Below are positions 14,301 through 26,063 of a stretch of DNA of 64,000 nucleotides, piece by piece; positions within the stretch are counted from its first letter, which is position 1, and every line of letters starts with the position of its first letter. Position numbers and translations under genes: made by a program. The notes under the pieces were generated by a model. That model was not told where the DNA came from and searched no databases. It worked only from the letters and a program-made list of their open reading frames with translations. The DNA comes from Saccostrea cucullata (Eukaryota), in the NCBI RefSeq assembly GCF_032062105.1, contig NW_026933408.1, positions 372,001 through 436,000 on the forward strand. Reading direction: 5' to 3'.

Positions 14301-17300
14301 ACACCAACATTTAGATTATTGATTTAAAGTTAAAATCATGTCAACATTTTGAACATGAGACAAACATTTGTTTGAAATCACTTACTGTCTTCACATTTTC
14401 CATTTATGCATCGTTGATCATTTCCACAAGCAGGCTAGATTAAAAATAGAATCTTAATTAAAAAATACCCCAATTGACATTAGATATTTTAGGAATGTGA
14501 CATTGTTAAAGATATAAAAGTAACATACCCTGCAGGGCTCTGTAAGGAAAAAGGAAAAAAAGTTTAAATATGAAATATTCAAAGTTATTCAATTTGGTTA
14601 ATTATTAGTCAGAAAGAAAAAAAGGAAAAAAAGTTTAAATATGAAATATTCAATGTAATTGTTATTTATCATAATAGTCATTCGAAAGAAAATATCATCA
14701 TTCAATCTTTGAAATTTCTTAGGAAAAAATGTAAGAATTAGTTAAAAATAAATTTTCAAAAATGAACACATGACAGTGTAGAACTTATCAAAATGACAGT
14801 GTAGAACTTACCAAAATGACAGTGTAGAACTTACCAAAATGACAGTGGCCATGGTGACAAGTCTGACTTTCTTTACAGATTGGCTAAAAATAAAAGATGA
14901 CAGAAACATATCATTAATAAGGATTAACGGATCTACATACCTCAGGTAGGAACAATAGCTCTTAATTGTTATTAAGTTGTAGAAGTCTCAACTTCATATC
15001 AACATCTTATTATGCAAGAATTTTCATTTTGCTGAATATTAAGTGATGGGCCTAATCCAATGTCTGTTGTACGTGTCTTTGGGTCCGTGTAAGTTCGTTA
15101 TCTTTAACTTTTACACGTGTATCACATAAGATGAAAATGCTAATACATATGACACCTGATCCCACCTCCGATGTTTGGAGGTCCGTGTTTGCGCTGCTCC
15201 TATTTTGTATTGTTTTATGGAATTTTGATTTTGAATACTGTTCGTTATCTCCATGTGTTTCATTTCAATTGAAAGTGATTTGTGATACATACTTAGCGAT
15301 GACATACTTGTATGCTTATTCCGAAGCGCATCACATGATAAATGAAGATAATAGATGAAATGGAAAAGCACATCTCCAGCTGCACGGTCATATACCCGCT
15401 CCTTGACATGATCGGAAAATAAACGGGGAAATTCGTCGACAATTCAATGCATAATTAATAATCTAACAATTTATATGATTGACGATATCTATGTTGTTTT
15501 GGGTTGCCAGGTCTTCCATTAATCTATTGGAATTCCCATGGGTACCAATTATGCCCCATTATTAGCAGACCAATTTTTATATTTATATGAAGCAGAATTT
15601 TTGCAAAATCGTATGCATAAAAAGAGGAAAACACTTGCTGTGGCCTTCAACTCGACATTTAGATATATCGACGACGTATTGTCAATTAACAATGGTTATT
15701 TCAATTCTTATGTCAATACGATATATCCTGGTGAGCTTGAGATAAAAGATACCACAAAGTCTGATATATCTGTTTCATATTTGAATATTTTACTTGAAAA
15801 AGACGTTAACAGTTATCAAACAACCAAGCTCTGTGATAAACGTGATGACTTTCAGTTTTCTATCGTCAATTTCCCTTACTTATGCAGCAATATACCATCA
15901 TCACCTGCATACGGAGTTTAGATATCTCAGTGGATTAGATACGCAAGAGCATGCTCTACATATGAAGAATTTCTACATCGAGGTAAATTATTGACAAACA
16001 AGTTGATGAAACAAGAATATCAGCAGGCTCGTTTAAAGCCATTGTTTCGTAAGTTCTATGATCGATACAATGACTTTGTCAGCAAATACAATTTATAATT
16101 GAGTCAAATGCTGACTGACGTTTTTCATACTAATTGTTCGTCCATTATCTATATATATAGTGTATATACACTAAGTTGACGACGGATTTTTCCGTTATTT
16201 CCCGATCATGACAAGTAACAAATGGCGGGTGTGACCTGTCAGCAGGGGATGCTGACTCCTCCATGGCACCTGATCCCACCTCTAATGTTTTGAGGTCCGT
16301 GTTTGCTCTGCTCCTATTTTTGTATTGTTTTATGGACTTTTGGTCTTGAGTGCCGTTCGTTACCTCCATATATTTCATAAAAAACTTCAGTCAGCATTAT
16401 TTTGACTTTATGATAGATTGTGTTTGCTAACAAGGTCATTGTATCGACCAAAAAAGTTACAAAATGATAACTAGAAATGAGACTGCTGATATTCTTGTTT
16501 CATCAACTTGTTCGTCATAAACATTTCTCGTTTTAGAAATTCTTGATAAGTAGAGCATGCTCTTGCGTATTGAATAAACTGGGAGATATAAACCCTTTAT
16601 GCAGGTGGTGAAGATATATTGCTGCATAAGTAGGTGATATTGACAATTGAAAAGTAAAAGTCATCATGTTTTTCATAAAGCTTTTTGGTTAGATTACCAT
16701 TAACGTTTGCTTCTAGTTAAATATCCAAATATGAAACAAACGTATCAGACTCTGTGAGATCTTTTATTTCAAGCTACTTGTATGTATCGTGTTGACATAA
16801 GAATGGAAATAACCATTGATAATTAAGAATATATATATTTAGATGCCGTGTTAAAAAAGCCGTCGATATATTTGTATATCTGAACGTCTCAGAAAGTTTT
16901 TTCTCAATTCTTCTAATAAAGGAGCTTTAACGCAAAGAGTTATGCTTAGGACGAAAAGATCATCTATCAAATGTAGATTTAAGGTATGTTTGTATTTTGA
17001 GAAAAATGATGACATTGGTACCGTGGGATAGACTGTAGAGGCACAATATATTTCAACTGCATTAACGAAATAAGTTACTATATCTAGAAACTGGAACCCT
17101 TTATTTTCTGACAGAGTACTTACCTAGACTTAAAACCACGGATCTGTGTTTTTAATCCCATTTCATATAACTTCAGAAACATGGATGTCTCTTTCTTACA
17201 TAGCAGGTACTTACATTACAAAGGGAGGCCCCCACTACAAAAGTGAAAGAGAGACATTAATGAGAGAGAAAAGATATATAATGCTTTTATATTGAATTGC

Positions 17301-20300
17301 TATTATCTTTTGCAGAATAATTTATTGAATTCCTTACTTCTTTGACATCCACCGCCATAACACACGTATCCCTCGTCACAACCACCCTAAAACATAGAAC
17401 ATCATACATATATAACCACCCTAAAACATAGCACATCATACATATATAACCACCCTAAAACATAGAACACCATTCACTTATAACCACCCTAAAACATAGC
17501 ACATCATTCACTTATAACCACCCTAAAACATAGAACATCATACATATATAACCACCCTAAAACATAGCATATCATTCACTTATAACCACCCTAAAACATA
17601 GAACATCATAGACTTATAACCACCCTAAAACATAGAACATCATACATATATAATCACCCTAAAACATAGAACATCATACACTTATAACCACCCTAAAACA
17701 TAGAACATCATACATATATAACCACCCTAAAGCCTAGCACATCATACACTTATAACCACCCTAAAACATAGAACATCATACACTTATAACCACCCTAAAA
17801 CATAGAACATCATACATATATAACCACCCTTAAACATAGAACATCATTCACTTATAACCACCCTAAAACATAGAACATCATACATATATAACCACCCTTA
17901 AACATAGAACATCATTCACTTATAACCACCCTAAAACATAGAACATCATACACTTATAACCACCCTAAAACATAGAATATATATACACTTATAACCACCC
18001 TAAAACATAGAACATCATACATATATAACCACCCTAAAACATAGAACATCATTCACTTATAACCACCATAAAACATAGCACATCATACACTTATAACCAC
18101 CCTAAAACATAGAACATAATACACTTATAACCACCCTAAAACATAGAACATCATACATGTATAACCACCCTAAAACATAGCACATCATACATATATAACC
18201 ACCCTAAAACATAGAACATCATACACATATAACCACCATAAAACATAGCACATCATACATATATAACCACCCTAAAACATAGAACACCATTCACTTATAA
18301 CCACCCTAAAACATAGCACATCATTCACTTATAACCACCCTAAAACATAGAACATCATACATATATAACCACCCTAAAACATAGCACATCATTCACCTAT
18401 AACCACCCTAAACATAGAACATCATACACTTATAACCACCCTAAAACATAGAACATCATACGCTTATAACCACCCTAAAACATAGAACATCATACATATA
18501 TAACCACCCTAAAACATAGAACATCACTTATAACCACCCTAAAACATAGAACATCATACACTTATAACCACCCTAAAACATAGAACATCATACATATATA
18601 ACCACCCTTAAACATAGAACATCATTCACTTATAACCACCCTAAAACATAGAACATCATACATATATAACCACCCTTAAACATAGAACATTATTCACTTA
18701 TAACCACCCTAAAACATAGAACATCATACACTTATAACCACCCTAAAACATAGAACATCATACACTTATAACCACCCTAAAACACAGAACATCATACATA
18801 TATAACCACCCTAAAACATAGAACATCATTCACTTATAACCACCATAAAACATAGCACATCATACACTTATAACCACCCTAAAACATAGAACATAATACA
18901 CTTATAACCACCCTAAAACATTTATAACATCATACATGTATAACCACCCTAAAACATAGCACATCATACTATATATACCACCCTAAAACATAGAACATCA
19001 TACACATATAACCACCATAAAACATAGCACATCATACATATATAACCACCCTAAAACATAGAACACCATTCACTTATAACCACCCTAAAACATAGCACAT
19101 CATTCACTTATAAACACCCTAAAACATAGAACATCATACATATATAACCACCCTTAAACATAGAACATCATTCACTTATAACCACCCTAAAACATAGAAC
19201 ATCATACATATATAACCACCCTTAAACATAGAACATTATTCACTTATAACCACCCTAAAACATAGAACATCATACACTTATAACCACCCTAAAACATAGA
19301 ACATCATACACTTATAACCACCCTAAAACACAGAACATCATACATATATAACCACCCTAAAACATAGAACATCATTCACTTATAACCACCATAAAACATA
19401 GCACATCATACACTTATAACCACCCTAAAACATAGAACATAATACACTTATAACCACCCTAAAACATAGAACATCATACATGTATAACCACCCTAAAACA
19501 TAGCACATCATACATATATAACCACCCTAAAACATAGAACATCATACACATATAACCACCATAAAACATAGCACATCATACATATATAACCACCCTAAAA
19601 CATAGAACACCATTCACTTATAACCACCCTAAAACATAGCTTATAAACACCCTAAAACATAGAACATCATTCATATATAACCACCCTAAAACATAGCACA
19701 TCATTCACCTATAACCACCCTAAAACATAGAACATCATACACTTATAACCACCCTAAAACATAGAACATCATACACTTATAACCACCCTAAAACATAGAA
19801 CATCATACATATATAACCACCCTAAAACATAGAACATCATTCACTTATAACCACCCTAAAACATAGAACATCATACACTTATAACCACCCTAAAACATAG
19901 AACATCATACATATATAACCACCATAAAACATAGCACATCATACACTTATAACCACCATAAAACATAGGACATCATACATATATAACCACCATAAAACAT
20001 AGCACATAATACATATATAACCACCCTAAAACATAGAACATTGTAGATATATAACTACCCTAAAACATAGAACATCATACATATATACACACACCCTGAA
20101 ACATAGAACATCATACACTTATAACCACCCTAAAACACAGAACATCATACATTTATAACCACCCTAGAACGTAGAACATCATACATATATAATCACCCTA
20201 AAACGTAGCACATAATACATATATAACCACCCTAAAACATAGAACATCGTACATATATAAGTACCCTAAAACATAGAACATCATACATATATATACACAC

Positions 20301-22154
20301 CCTAAAACATAGAACATCATACACTTATCACTTGCTTGGAATATTCTTTGCTCATGCTTCTCTGAGGTATCATTGACATTTGCTTGTGTAATTTTCCTGA
20401 CACATTACATCTTGACTCTTATTAACTGAAGACAAGTCTTTTAACTTGGTGACCTTCAACAAGAAATTGTTCTTTAATATATGTCTGACATTTACTTCTG
20501 AACAATACTGAGGATTAATGCTTCTTATTTTAATCAAGTATAAAATATTCATCACATAGTCTATTCATGTCAAAATAATGACAGTTAAAAGGTTCTTATA
20601 AATGATGATAAGTGTTTGATGTTTTCAAAATAAGTTTCTTATCAGAAAAATATTTCAAGTTTAAAATCTATTATTTGCAATTACAATTTTGTCTATCAAA
20701 TGTAAGGTTTAATTTTTTAATTTAAGTTAAATTTAACCATATGAGCATCCACTCAATCAAGTAATTACACAATGCTTGAATTTCTATCTGTATTCTAAAA
20801 CAAATGAACAATTCCATCATACCGGACACGGCGATGGTGGAGAAGGTGGCCCCCGATTGAAGGGAGAATGGGGTTGTGTCCTCCTTGACATTGATTGGGA
20901 TGGCCCCCGAGGTAGGGGAGAATGGGATTGTGTCCTTGACATTGACGGGGGTGGTCCTGGAACTCTTGGTACTATCCTCACACGAAATGGGTTATGAAAA
21001 ATCCGGGTCATTACATCTTAAAAAAATCAGAAAAATGGTGCTTGTTATAAAGCAAAATCATGTTTACAGCTCAACGCACTTTTTAAGCTCACATGTTTTT
21101 TCGCACAAATTAAGGGCAAATTTTTGCAATAAATATTACTAATGCGAACTTCAGTACGATGACATAGCCCTAAGTTTTATTACATATATAATGTTAGGTA
21201 TAAATGTCCTTTAAAATTGATATCTAAAGTTTCCAAAGTGGATGTTTTAGAGGGGAATTTATCAATAAATGGTATGGTGTTTCTACTATGGGATTCTACC
21301 ATAGTTACAAATTATGTAAAACGAGCTTCCTTTGATACAATGCAGTTGGAAATTTAAAATTTTCTTCTTAAAGGTGAGTATTAAAAAAAAAAATTCTTTG
21401 CTCATTAACCATACTCCTCTTGGTTTTGTCGAAATGTAGCAAAAGGGATAACATTACAGAAAGAAACCATACTAAAGGGTAGGGTAATAAAATATTGTTA
21501 ATTTTTGAATAGTAAATTCTAGGAAAAGGAAAATTAATCTGGATTTACGGTTGGCTGTGGAATGGATCTTTCATGATTCTAGATTTTAGAAGGTGACACT
21601 CTGAAAAAAGCCACGTTATAAACATACAAAGCAGTCAAACAGATGAAAAATACTATTATCACCCTGCGTTAAAGAGTCAGAATGTACAGAAATAAGAAAT
21701 TACAGTAGCTGAACTGTGCCCGTGTCTACCTTTCTGCAAAGAGCTACTGCTTTCAAAAGAACGGATAAAAAGACAGCTGCAATTGGAAAGAAACCACAAA
21801 AAATCAATGGAAATAGTTATTTTTCAGGAAAGAATATATTAAAGTTCCACCAATTGATTTGTGTGAATTATGTTTTAGTAAATGAAATAAATCTCAAATA
21901 ATGTAAACAAATACTTTTGAAATGTATATTGTCTCAGTACACAATTTTACATTATAACGTTGTGACTTTTATTTGTGCGAAAAAAACGTGAGCTTAAAAA
22001 GTGCGTTGAGCTGTATTTATATTGAAAAATCTTGATTTGTTTTGTGAAAGACTCATGAAAATCTATTTGTTTTTTTTTCCAGCTTACCAGCTACCGATCG
22101 TTGAGCAGAGCAAATATGGAACAGGTAAAAAAGTATGCATATTGGTAAGTACAT
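8382..22154 (-). CDS. Gene A: uncharacterised secreted Cys-module / Pro-rich protein, about 506 aa, 17 coding exons including microexons
   Basis: Exons 22088-22154 (signal peptide MYLPICILFYLFHICSA), 20823-21016, 17338-17386, 17215-17234, 14835-14883, 14529-14539, 14386-14434, 13991-14001, 12452-12500, 11680-11699, 11429-11498, 11239-11261, 10833-10896, 8812-9495, 8655-8728, 8521-8578, 8382-8410. All GT-AG with matching phases, 1521 nt open to TGA. Modules read CPGGCDEGYVCYGGGC, CNPICKESQTCHHGHC, CRPACGNDQRCINGKC, CEPRCRNGEVCNKGIC, CSPSCPPGYVCHCDSPGDCHC, CDRPCPPNSRCIDGHC. Minus-strand AATAAA at 8263-8268. Confidence 0.88.
9520..9850 (-). mobile_element. Penelope-like retroelement 3' fragment
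   Basis: Matches the 3' tail (GTGGGATCAGGTGCCAAGGAGGAG...) and end of the RT thumb region seen in the longer copies at 15476-16378 and 37417-38590. Confidence 0.75.
9975..10225 (-). mobile_element. Degenerate tRNA-derived SINE-like element
   Basis: Minus-strand head with A-box-like GGTAGCGC..AGTGG and B-box-like GTTAGAATCC; body loosely similar to 61105-61240. Heavily diverged. Confidence 0.4.
12206..12333. mobile_element. Short foldback MITE-like inverted repeat
   Basis: GGAATTCGCGTACGTATCAATTTTACCGAA at the left pairs with TTCGGTAAAATTGATGGGTACGCGAACTCC at the right. Confidence 0.65.
12685..13260 (-). mobile_element. Penelope-like retroelement fragment (RT C-terminal region and tail), degenerate
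   Basis: Same tail and thumb sequence as the other copies (GATGGGATCAAATG..., GACAAGGTCATGTATCGACCATAGAA, AAAAGTTGAAGTCATC). Confidence 0.7.
14770..14847 (-). repeat. 23-bp tandem repeat (3+ copies) of the gene A exon end plus donor site
   Basis: (ATGACAGTGTAGAACTTACCAAA)x3; on the minus strand each unit is CACTGTCATTTTG|GTAAGTTCTA, copying the end of exon 14835-14883. Confidence 0.85.
15150..16880. mobile_element. Composite of Penelope-like RT fragments in alternating orientation (pseudogenic)
   Basis: Plus-strand RT at 15476-16378: GIPMGTNYAPLLAD..LY..E, FRYIDDVLSINN, KRDDFQFSIVNFPYLCSNIPSSPAYGV then thumb and tail, with stops. Flanked by inverted pieces at about 15375-15475 and 16380-16880 and a solo tail at 15150-15260. 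Confidence 0.88.
17380..20326. repeat. 34-bp minisatellite, about 87 copies, in a gene A intron; each unit contains the exon's 3' splice site
   Basis: Unit TAACCACCCTAAAACATAGAACATCATACA(T/C)(A/T)TA with period 34 (17381, 17415...). The minus strand reads GTTCTATGTTTTAG|GGTGGTT, the same as the acceptor of exon 17338-17386. Confidence 0.95.
21067..22013. mobile_element. Tc1/mariner-type MITE
   Basis: TIRs CAGCTCAACGCACTTTTTAAGCTCAC..TTTTTTCGCACAAAT and ATTTGTGCGAAAAAAACGTGAGCTTAAAAAGTGCGTTGAGCTG, with TA on both flanks; no transposase ORF. Confidence 0.85.
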
Positions 22155-22261
22155 TTGACGTTATTGAGGTTATCTGAAAAATAAAATATATTGGTATAAT
22201 GCCAGTTTAAAACTTTTGAAACTGTTTCTATTGTGATTTAGATTGCATTTTGTATTTTAAT

Positions 22262-23137
22262 TAGGGATGTCAACGAGTACCCGGTTAACCGGGTACTCGA
22301 TCGAACGTCCGAGTATCGAATACTAAAACTGGTACTCGGTTACTCGGATGTATATTTTTTTTCTTTTTCCAAAATACATATATTTATGAAAAACTTATCA
22401 AAAAATAACTTTAATGTGGATACGATAATTAGCGTGTCGTCGTCTACACCTTTAAAACACCCGTTATAGCCTGTGGTTGTGTATATACAGTAATTAGTGG
22501 CCAATTACCTGGTACACAGCTTTTCTCACCTATTGGGATCCTTAATTTTTGGATGGTTTCAATGATTTGTTTTCATTGATGATCGATTGATGTGCTCTTA
22601 TCTTTAAAACATTTTAAAATTATTTAGTAAACGGTACCGAAATCTGGCATGCATAAATATACCGCTACCGACTTTAAAGTATAAAGAAATTGTATGTAAT
22701 ACATGAAATTGAAGATTGAAAAAAAATTAAATCAGCTCTGTGGAATAAATATAACGTATACGGGGCAATAACAATATACGACAACTCATTCCAACAATCT
22801 GCTTCGAGCTTCGCGAGTGTGGTCATTACAAAGGTGCATGGCAGATTGATTAATTTAAAGCGTCTTCCCAAACAAGAACTGTAAACCATTAATTTGTAAT
22901 TCTTGGTGAATCAAATTGATGTCTTTTATGTTAAATAAATAAATTAAGTACAATAAATCATTTTCGGTGGACTCCACGTTTTTAAACATGTACTAAAAAC
23001 ATAATAAAAAACAACATTGGGGTTAAAGAGAGCTTAACTAGGTTTAAGATTAAAATGAACAGCATTATACCCGGGTACTCGATCGGAAAAACGTCCGAGT
23101 AACCGATTATCAAATATTGACCGATTTGACATCCCTA
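22262..23137. mobile_element. Non-autonomous hAT element
   Basis: TIRs TAGGGATGTCAA / TTGACATCCCTA, perfect 8-bp TSD ATTTTAAT (22254-22261 and 23138-23145), subterminal GGGTACTCGATCG repeats at both ends. Confidence 0.9.
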
Positions 23138-23152
23138 ATTTTAATACATTAA

Positions 23153-23889
23153 GGTAGTACACAATAGATAGGACAAATTAAGGTAGTACACAAAAGATAG
23201 GACAAATTTTTCCTCATATTGAATTCTTTGAAACTTTGAAAATATATTCTAATTTACAAAATCTCTCTTATATATGATAGGAAAAAAATTCAACATCACG
23301 TTTTTCAAACATATTTGAATTATGATCTATCATAGAAGAATGTGAATTTTACATTCGACTTGAGAATGAACCTTACTTCAAAATTATCAATTAGTCTATT
23401 GCAAATGTGTCTGATTCTATTTGTAAAGACAACATTCTTGTTACTAAAATTCAGTAAGTTATATTTATACTAGTAAAGAGTAAAAGATGATGTAAAAATA
23501 GTAACATAAAGCGTCGGAATTGAAAATTCAGTAGATGACGGCACAATATTTGAACTTTGTACTCTTGATATGACCTTGACCTTTATAGTATATAAAGAAT
23601 GGAGACTCTTTATATATGTTTCCAAATATTAGCCCTCTACAATTTATGAAACAAAAGTTACACTGCAAATAATAACAGTCAGTTACACGCTTTTTATTGC
23701 TTTTAGACAGCACAGACATTCTAAAATGTAACCTGCGAAGTGACAATTAGTTACTCAGTATTCTCAGATTTCTTCCCAAAATATGAAGAACACGTGCCAC
23801 AACTTATTATTTTTAATAAGAATCATTCATTGTTGCCAATATAGTAATATTTATACATAAGATAAAATTCATGAGTGTTTTGTACTACC
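23153..23889. mobile_element. Probable Kolobok/TTAA-type non-autonomous DNA element
   Basis: TTAA|GGTAGTACA at the left and TGTACTACC|TTTA at the right; the left terminus is duplicated in tandem (~29 bp). Confidence 0.55.
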
Positions 23890-25321
23890 TTTATTTTATA
23901 TTTTTGTTAATATTGGCATACAAAGCACCAATAGCAATAAATAATAAAAATTATACATTTATCAACGTGAGAGTGAATTCAACATTCCCTACGTTGCCAA
24001 GATATACTTGAACATTTATATTTTATAAATATAATTACAAGAATTTTTCAAAATCTTCTTTCTAAAACAATTATTTATAGACAATTCGGAAACAAAATCA
24101 TACCTTGATGCTAATAAAAGATTAATTCCTATTTTAGAGATCTTATATTATTTTGATTCTCAGTTAGTCGTGCTATTATTACACTTTCCTTGACGTCGCG
24201 GACTGTGTAGCATTGGTAATACCTGGATCGACGGGAGTCGGTCATTATTTGTCACAATCCACATCAATCACACGCTTCAGTTCTCTGACAAATGTCGACG
24301 TCATAGTTACGTTTTAATTATCAGCTACAACAATGGTGACCCTTGACCTCCCACATAAACATCCGGAATGAATGCTACAAATGTGACAGAAGAGAAAATA
24401 TTTGTGTACATGAAAATATGCGCTTGAAAACACGTTTTAAAAGTACAGAGCTTTGGAGAGTGAAGATAAAAGCGATTTGCAGAGGTCACAAGCCAGGACT
24501 ACTGTGACGCCATTCGAGGTTTCTGAAGACTTTGACACATTAAAATAAATCAGTGGTTTACCTACGATGAACCATTGATTTAATTACGGAAAAGGAAGTG
24601 TAATGTGTAATTCATCAATAATTACACCTTGAGATTCCCCTGTTAATTTGTACCAGGAAATTTTCTTCCATATTTTAAAAGTTTCAAAAAAGTAACATCA
24701 TTTCATGATGCAAAACATATAATTATCTTCATCAAATACAAGTTAAGGTATTCTCAGACTATGGAAAATATAATTAAAGGATCTTGAATTATCAAGAAAT
24801 CAACTCACCTAACCTGTAAAGAGTATTCACAGAGAAACAAAGAAACAAATTTATAGAAATGGAAAGATTGATGATGTTTTGCGGTAATTAAAACTACAGA
24901 AAAATACAATAGATTTGTTTAAACATTTTAAAGAATGTGCAAGAACAAATAATAAAAATGAATTTATATGATCTATAACTTCTAGTATCAAATTGAATTG
25001 GTGACTGATTGGCATAGTCTTCGACCTTGGGAAACATTTTTGACTTCTGGTCCCACAACTTATTTCTTGTCAATTGTCATTTGCCAATTTTTTGGAGAAA
25101 AATCCTATTGTTCACACAAGTACTAAGACTTGAGTTTCGGATTGACAATATATGTAGTTTTGGATATCAGGTCTTCCATTTATCTGTTTAAATTGCTATG
25201 GGTACTAAATGTGTCCCGTTATTAACAGACCTTTTTTTGTATTCACATGAAGCAGAATTTATTCAAAATCGTATATTCGAGAAGAAAAAGTAAAAACGAA
25301 ACTCTAGTTTAGGACTACAAC

Positions 25322-25766
25322 CCCTTACAAAAAATACTGTAGTTAACTATAGTTTACTATAGTTAACTATAGTGAACACTTTGACCCTATGAAAACTTTG
25401 ATTTACTGTATAATAGTGAACACTTTGACACTTTGGTTTACTATAGAGAACACGTTGACACTTTGAGTTACTATAGTGAATACTTTGACACTTTGATTTA
25501 ATATAGTGATAACTATGAAAACTTTGATTACCCATAGTGATCACTATGGTAACTTTGATTTACTATGGAAAAACTTTGATTTACTATCGTGATAACTTTG
25601 AAAACTTTGATTTACTATAGTGATAACTTTAAAACTATAATGATCACTTTGAAAACTTTGATTTACTATAGCGATAAATTGACACTTTGATTCACTATAG
25701 TTTACTATAGTTAACTATAGTAAACTATAGTAATCTACAGTAAACTACATTATTTTTTTGTTAGGG
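25322..25766. mobile_element. CMC/EnSpm-like MITE with internal ACTATAGT repeats
   Basis: CCC...GGG termini with imperfect TIR (CCCTTACAAAAAATACTGTAGTT / AACTACATTATTTTTTTGTTAGGG), 2-bp TSD AC, many TTTACTATAGT / ACTTTGA sub-repeats. Confidence 0.7.
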
Positions 25767-25913
25767 ACTCGACATTTAGATATATCGACGATATACAATG
25801 TATTAATAATTAACAATAGTCATTTCTATTGGTATTTCCATTCAATGTATCCAACTGAACATCAAATATAAGACTCAACACACAGTCTGACGCATCTGAT
25901 TCGTATTTGAATA

Positions 25914-26063
25914 CTGTATACAGGGTTATTTTTGCACTTTCACACAAATATTTGCCCTGTTTTAAATTCGCCCAGTTACAATTCCTTAGAAATCATACTG
26001 TGTTTTCTAAATTCATCCTCCTGTGAGTAGAGCAAATGGAGGCGAAAATTTCCCTGTATACAG
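25914..26063. mobile_element. 150-bp TA-flanked MITE
   Basis: TA|CTGTATACAGGG ... CCCTGTATACAG|TA; removing it restores the host RT sequence TATTTGAATATTGTACTAGAAAAAGACG. Confidence 0.8.

Noticed and set aside
16225-16300. Hammerhead ribozyme in the Penelope tail
   Set aside because: The CTGATGA...GAAA core is absent (sequence is CCTGATCCC); no ribozyme call is supportable by eye.
17380-20326. CRISPR-like reading of the 34-bp array
   Set aside because: Head-to-tail units with no unique spacers, eukaryotic intron, no cas genes.
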